Below are positions 36,536 through 38,542 of a stretch of 38,542 nt of DNA, piece after piece. A program made the position numbers and the translations under genes. The DNA comes from Candidatus Bathyarchaeia archaeon (GTDB taxonomy: Archaea > Thermoproteota > Bathyarchaeia > Bathyarchaeales > Bathycorpusculaceae), in NCBI GenBank assembly GCA_038883855.1, contig JAVZLH010000010.1:1-38542 (forward strand), written 5' to 3'. The notes below the pieces were generated by a model. That model saw nothing but the letters and a program-made list of their open reading frames with translations, was not told the origin of the DNA and did not search any database. The stretch's first letter is position 1; every line of letters begins with the position of its first letter.

Positions 36536-37120
36536 CTACTTCAGCTTTATTGGATTCATCATCTTTTCAATTTGATTTTTCTTTGCGATATGTTCTTTAG
36601 ATTCTAGGGGTTGGCAGTCTTGTAAGGCTTTTTCTCCGTTCAGAAGCTTAGCCGCGAAGGTGAAGCAGCTTTGTTCTCCGCATACCTTACAGTTTGTTTT
36701 TGGCAGCGACTCGTAGATTTTTACAGGCGTTAGCTCCTTCTTTGCTTGCACTTGCTCTGCGCTCGGTTTTCCATTGGTTTTGAGGTATAGAAATGCACGA
36801 TTTATAAGACTCTTAACCTCTTCTATCAACTGGTCAGCTTCACTTCTATCCTTCACATACGTCATTCCAATTCTGCCAGAAGAGAAAATTGTCACCAAAT
36901 GCTGCTTGTACCTATAACTTAATGCACCCAACTTCTCGGAGTACTTCGCGTTTGGAATAGCCAAATAAAGAATTGGCAAAACATCCTCCAAAGACTTGTC
37001 AGCTTGAGCCAAAAACTTAATCCTTTCAGGATCAGCAGTGCAAGGCGTTATCTCCTTAATCTCAATTTTCCTAACCAAAACTTCCGGGAACAAAAGCTCC
37101 GCAAAATCTTTATCACTCAT
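36536..37120 (-). CDS. (Fe-S)-binding protein with C-terminal CdhE/RnfB-type FeS domain
   Basis: N-terminal PCTAD motif; C-terminal LPKTNCKVCGEQSCFTFA...CQPL. Confidence 0.8.
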   Translation of the reverse strand: MSDKDFAELLFPEVLVRKIEIKEITPCTADPERIKFLAQADKSLEDVLPILYLAIPNAKYSEKLGALSYRYKQHLVTIFSSGRIGMTYVKDRSEADQLIEEVKSLINRAFLYLKTNGKPSAEQVQAKKELTPVKIYESLPKTNCKVCGEQSCFTFAAKLLNGEKALQDCQPLESKEHIAKKNQIEKMMNPIKLK

Positions 37121-37199
37121 GTGATTTCTTCAGAATTGTCTTGATAATTAAGTTCCTTAGCGTTTCTTATGTCTTCTTGGGAAATGTATTTTTCAACGC

Positions 37200-37811
37200 C
37201 TAAAGTTTTAATCCCCATTTTTTGTTCATTGCCTCAAGCTTTTCCGAAAGTCTCTTTGCCCTCCCTTCAGCCTCAGTCAACAAAGCACCGAAATCCCTCT
37301 TCTTCACTAGAGTGGTTAATTTTTCAACCTCCGCTGGTATGTTTTCAACGGCGGTCAGCAACTTTTTCATGGCTTCTTCGTCTCCTGAAACAAGCTCTAG
37401 GGCTTCTTCGGGGCAGAACTCGATACATTTCGGTTCTCCATTGCAGAGATCGCAAGTCAAAACTGATGGTTTGTCTGGGTGAACTGCTATTCCACCGTAG
37501 GGGCATGCTGGGACGCACCAGCCGCATCCGTCGCATCTTGCTTCATTTACTATGATTACGCCGTTTTCTTCAGATCGGGTTAAGGCGTTTCGCGGACAAG
37601 CCTTCACGCATGGAGCATCTTCGCAGAACCTGCAAGTCATCGCGATGTTGAAGGCTGGAGTTAAGCGGACAATCCTTATTCTAGACCTTAAGGGATTCCA
37701 AAAAGACTCCTTTTTTTCTAAAGCGCAAACGTATTCGCATAGGCTGCAGCCCGTGCATTTGCTCGGGTTTGCCGCAACAAACTTTCTCGATTTAGCTTTA
37801 ACCGTTTGCAT
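37200..37811 (-). CDS. 4Fe-4S dicluster protein (DmsB/HydN-like, four clusters)
   Basis: CTGCSLCEYVC, CRFCEDAPCVKACP, CDGCGWCVPACP, CDLC....CIEFCP. Confidence 0.92.
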   Translation of the reverse strand: MQTVKAKSRKFVAANPSKCTGCSLCEYVCALEKKESFWNPLRSRIRIVRLTPAFNIAMTCRFCEDAPCVKACPRNALTRSEENGVIIVNEARCDGCGWCVPACPYGGIAVHPDKPSVLTCDLCNGEPKCIEFCPEEALELVSGDEEAMKKLLTAVENIPAEVEKLTTLVKKRDFGALLTEAEGRAKRLSEKLEAMNKKWGLKL

Positions 37812-37987
37812 CCCCTTCCATCAAGGCATGTGCCTTTTAGAATTTTTATTTGTTGGCACGTGCTTTTATGAGTTTCGTGTGCGCATCACGTATCTGAACA
37901 TCTGAAAAGGCTAATCTGCACGAGAATGCAAAAACACAAACAATAATAGGCTTCTCCCTAATTTTAAAATATCTTAGCGGTGGTTAC

Positions 37988-38383
37988 GTGAAGAAGGTTC
38001 TTTTTGTCTGTGTTGAAAACGCTGGCAGAAGCCAGATGGCTGAAGCCTTCGCGAAACATTATGGAAAAGGCAAAATTGAAGCATCAAGCGCTGGCACCAT
38101 GCCCTCGGGAGAAGTTAACCCTGTTGTTGTTCAAGTCATGCGCGAAAAGGGAATTGACATTTCCAAAAACAAGCCGAAGCGCATTAACAACCAAATGGTG
38201 CAGGAGGCAGACATGATAATAGTTATGGGTTGCGGCGCCGAGGGATTTTGTCCAGCGCCTTTACTTAATAAAGTTGTGGATTGGGGGATTGAAGATCCAA
38301 AGGGTAAACCAATAGAAAAAGTTCGCGAGATTAGGGACGAAATAGAAAGGAGAGTTAAAAAACTCATAGAAGATTTTAGCTAA
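37988..38383 (+). CDS. arsC: Arsenate reductase (LMW-PTP fold, thioredoxin type)
   Basis: P-loop CVENAGRSQMAE, SAGT, MGC......CP, DWGIEDP. Confidence 0.9.
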   Translation: MKKVLFVCVENAGRSQMAEAFAKHYGKGKIEASSAGTMPSGEVNPVVVQVMREKGIDISKNKPKRINNQMVQEADMIIVMGCGAEGFCPAPLLNKVVDWGIEDPKGKPIEKVREIRDEIERRVKKLIEDFS

Positions 38384-38500
38384 TCTCCATACTTATCAAA
38401 TTTTTCCAGAGAAACTGTTATAAGCAGCTTAAACTCGTAATCTAGGGTCGTGCAAAAGCTTTTTTGCACAGTATAAGCCAAAAGGAGTTGAAATAGTTAA

Positions 38501-38542
38501 ATGAGCGCGAAAGAGATGCACAAGGCAGTCTGCTCTGATTGT
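38501..38542 (+). CDS. Start of a small Zn-finger protein (probably CxxC-x17-CxxC family), cut by the window edge
   Basis: AGGAG upstream, then MSAKEMHKAVCSDC. Confidence 0.7.
   Translation, partial: MSAKEMHKAVCSDC

Noticed and set aside
1-38542. tRNA, rRNA, CRISPR arrays, transposases, integrases and defence systems
   Set aside because: None recognised; intergenic gaps are short and show no cloverleaf, repeat-spacer or terminal inverted repeat structure by eye

Overview
Gene-dense archaeal chromosomal window, most likely Bathyarchaeia/TACK (inferred from gene content and protein style: ABCE1, Cgi121, tRNA splicing endonuclease, DGGGP synthase, Spt5-uL11-uL1-uL10-P1, eS17, CofE, SAMP). It is mostly housekeeping: translation and RNA modification, acetate activation, lipid/sugar precursors and glycerate metabolism. 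No rRNA, tRNA, CRISPR array or mobile element was seen. The main unusual items are: (i) a 23-aa Glu/Trp microprotein (MPEEEEEWEEEWEEEEEWEEEEW) with its own TATA, perfect SD and T-tract terminator upstream of ABCE1; (ii) a bacterial-type rsmH (16S m4C1402 methyltransferase) divergent from a candidate box C/D or K-turn RNA; (iii) a second leader with the same motif series, which sequesters the SD of spt5; (iv) two small Zn-ribbon ORFs missing from the ORF track, one interrupted by an in-frame TAG; (v) acs lying tail-to-tail with an ACD-GNAT (Pat-like) fusion that keeps both catalytic His motifs. All family calls come from recognising motifs by eye; no searches were run.
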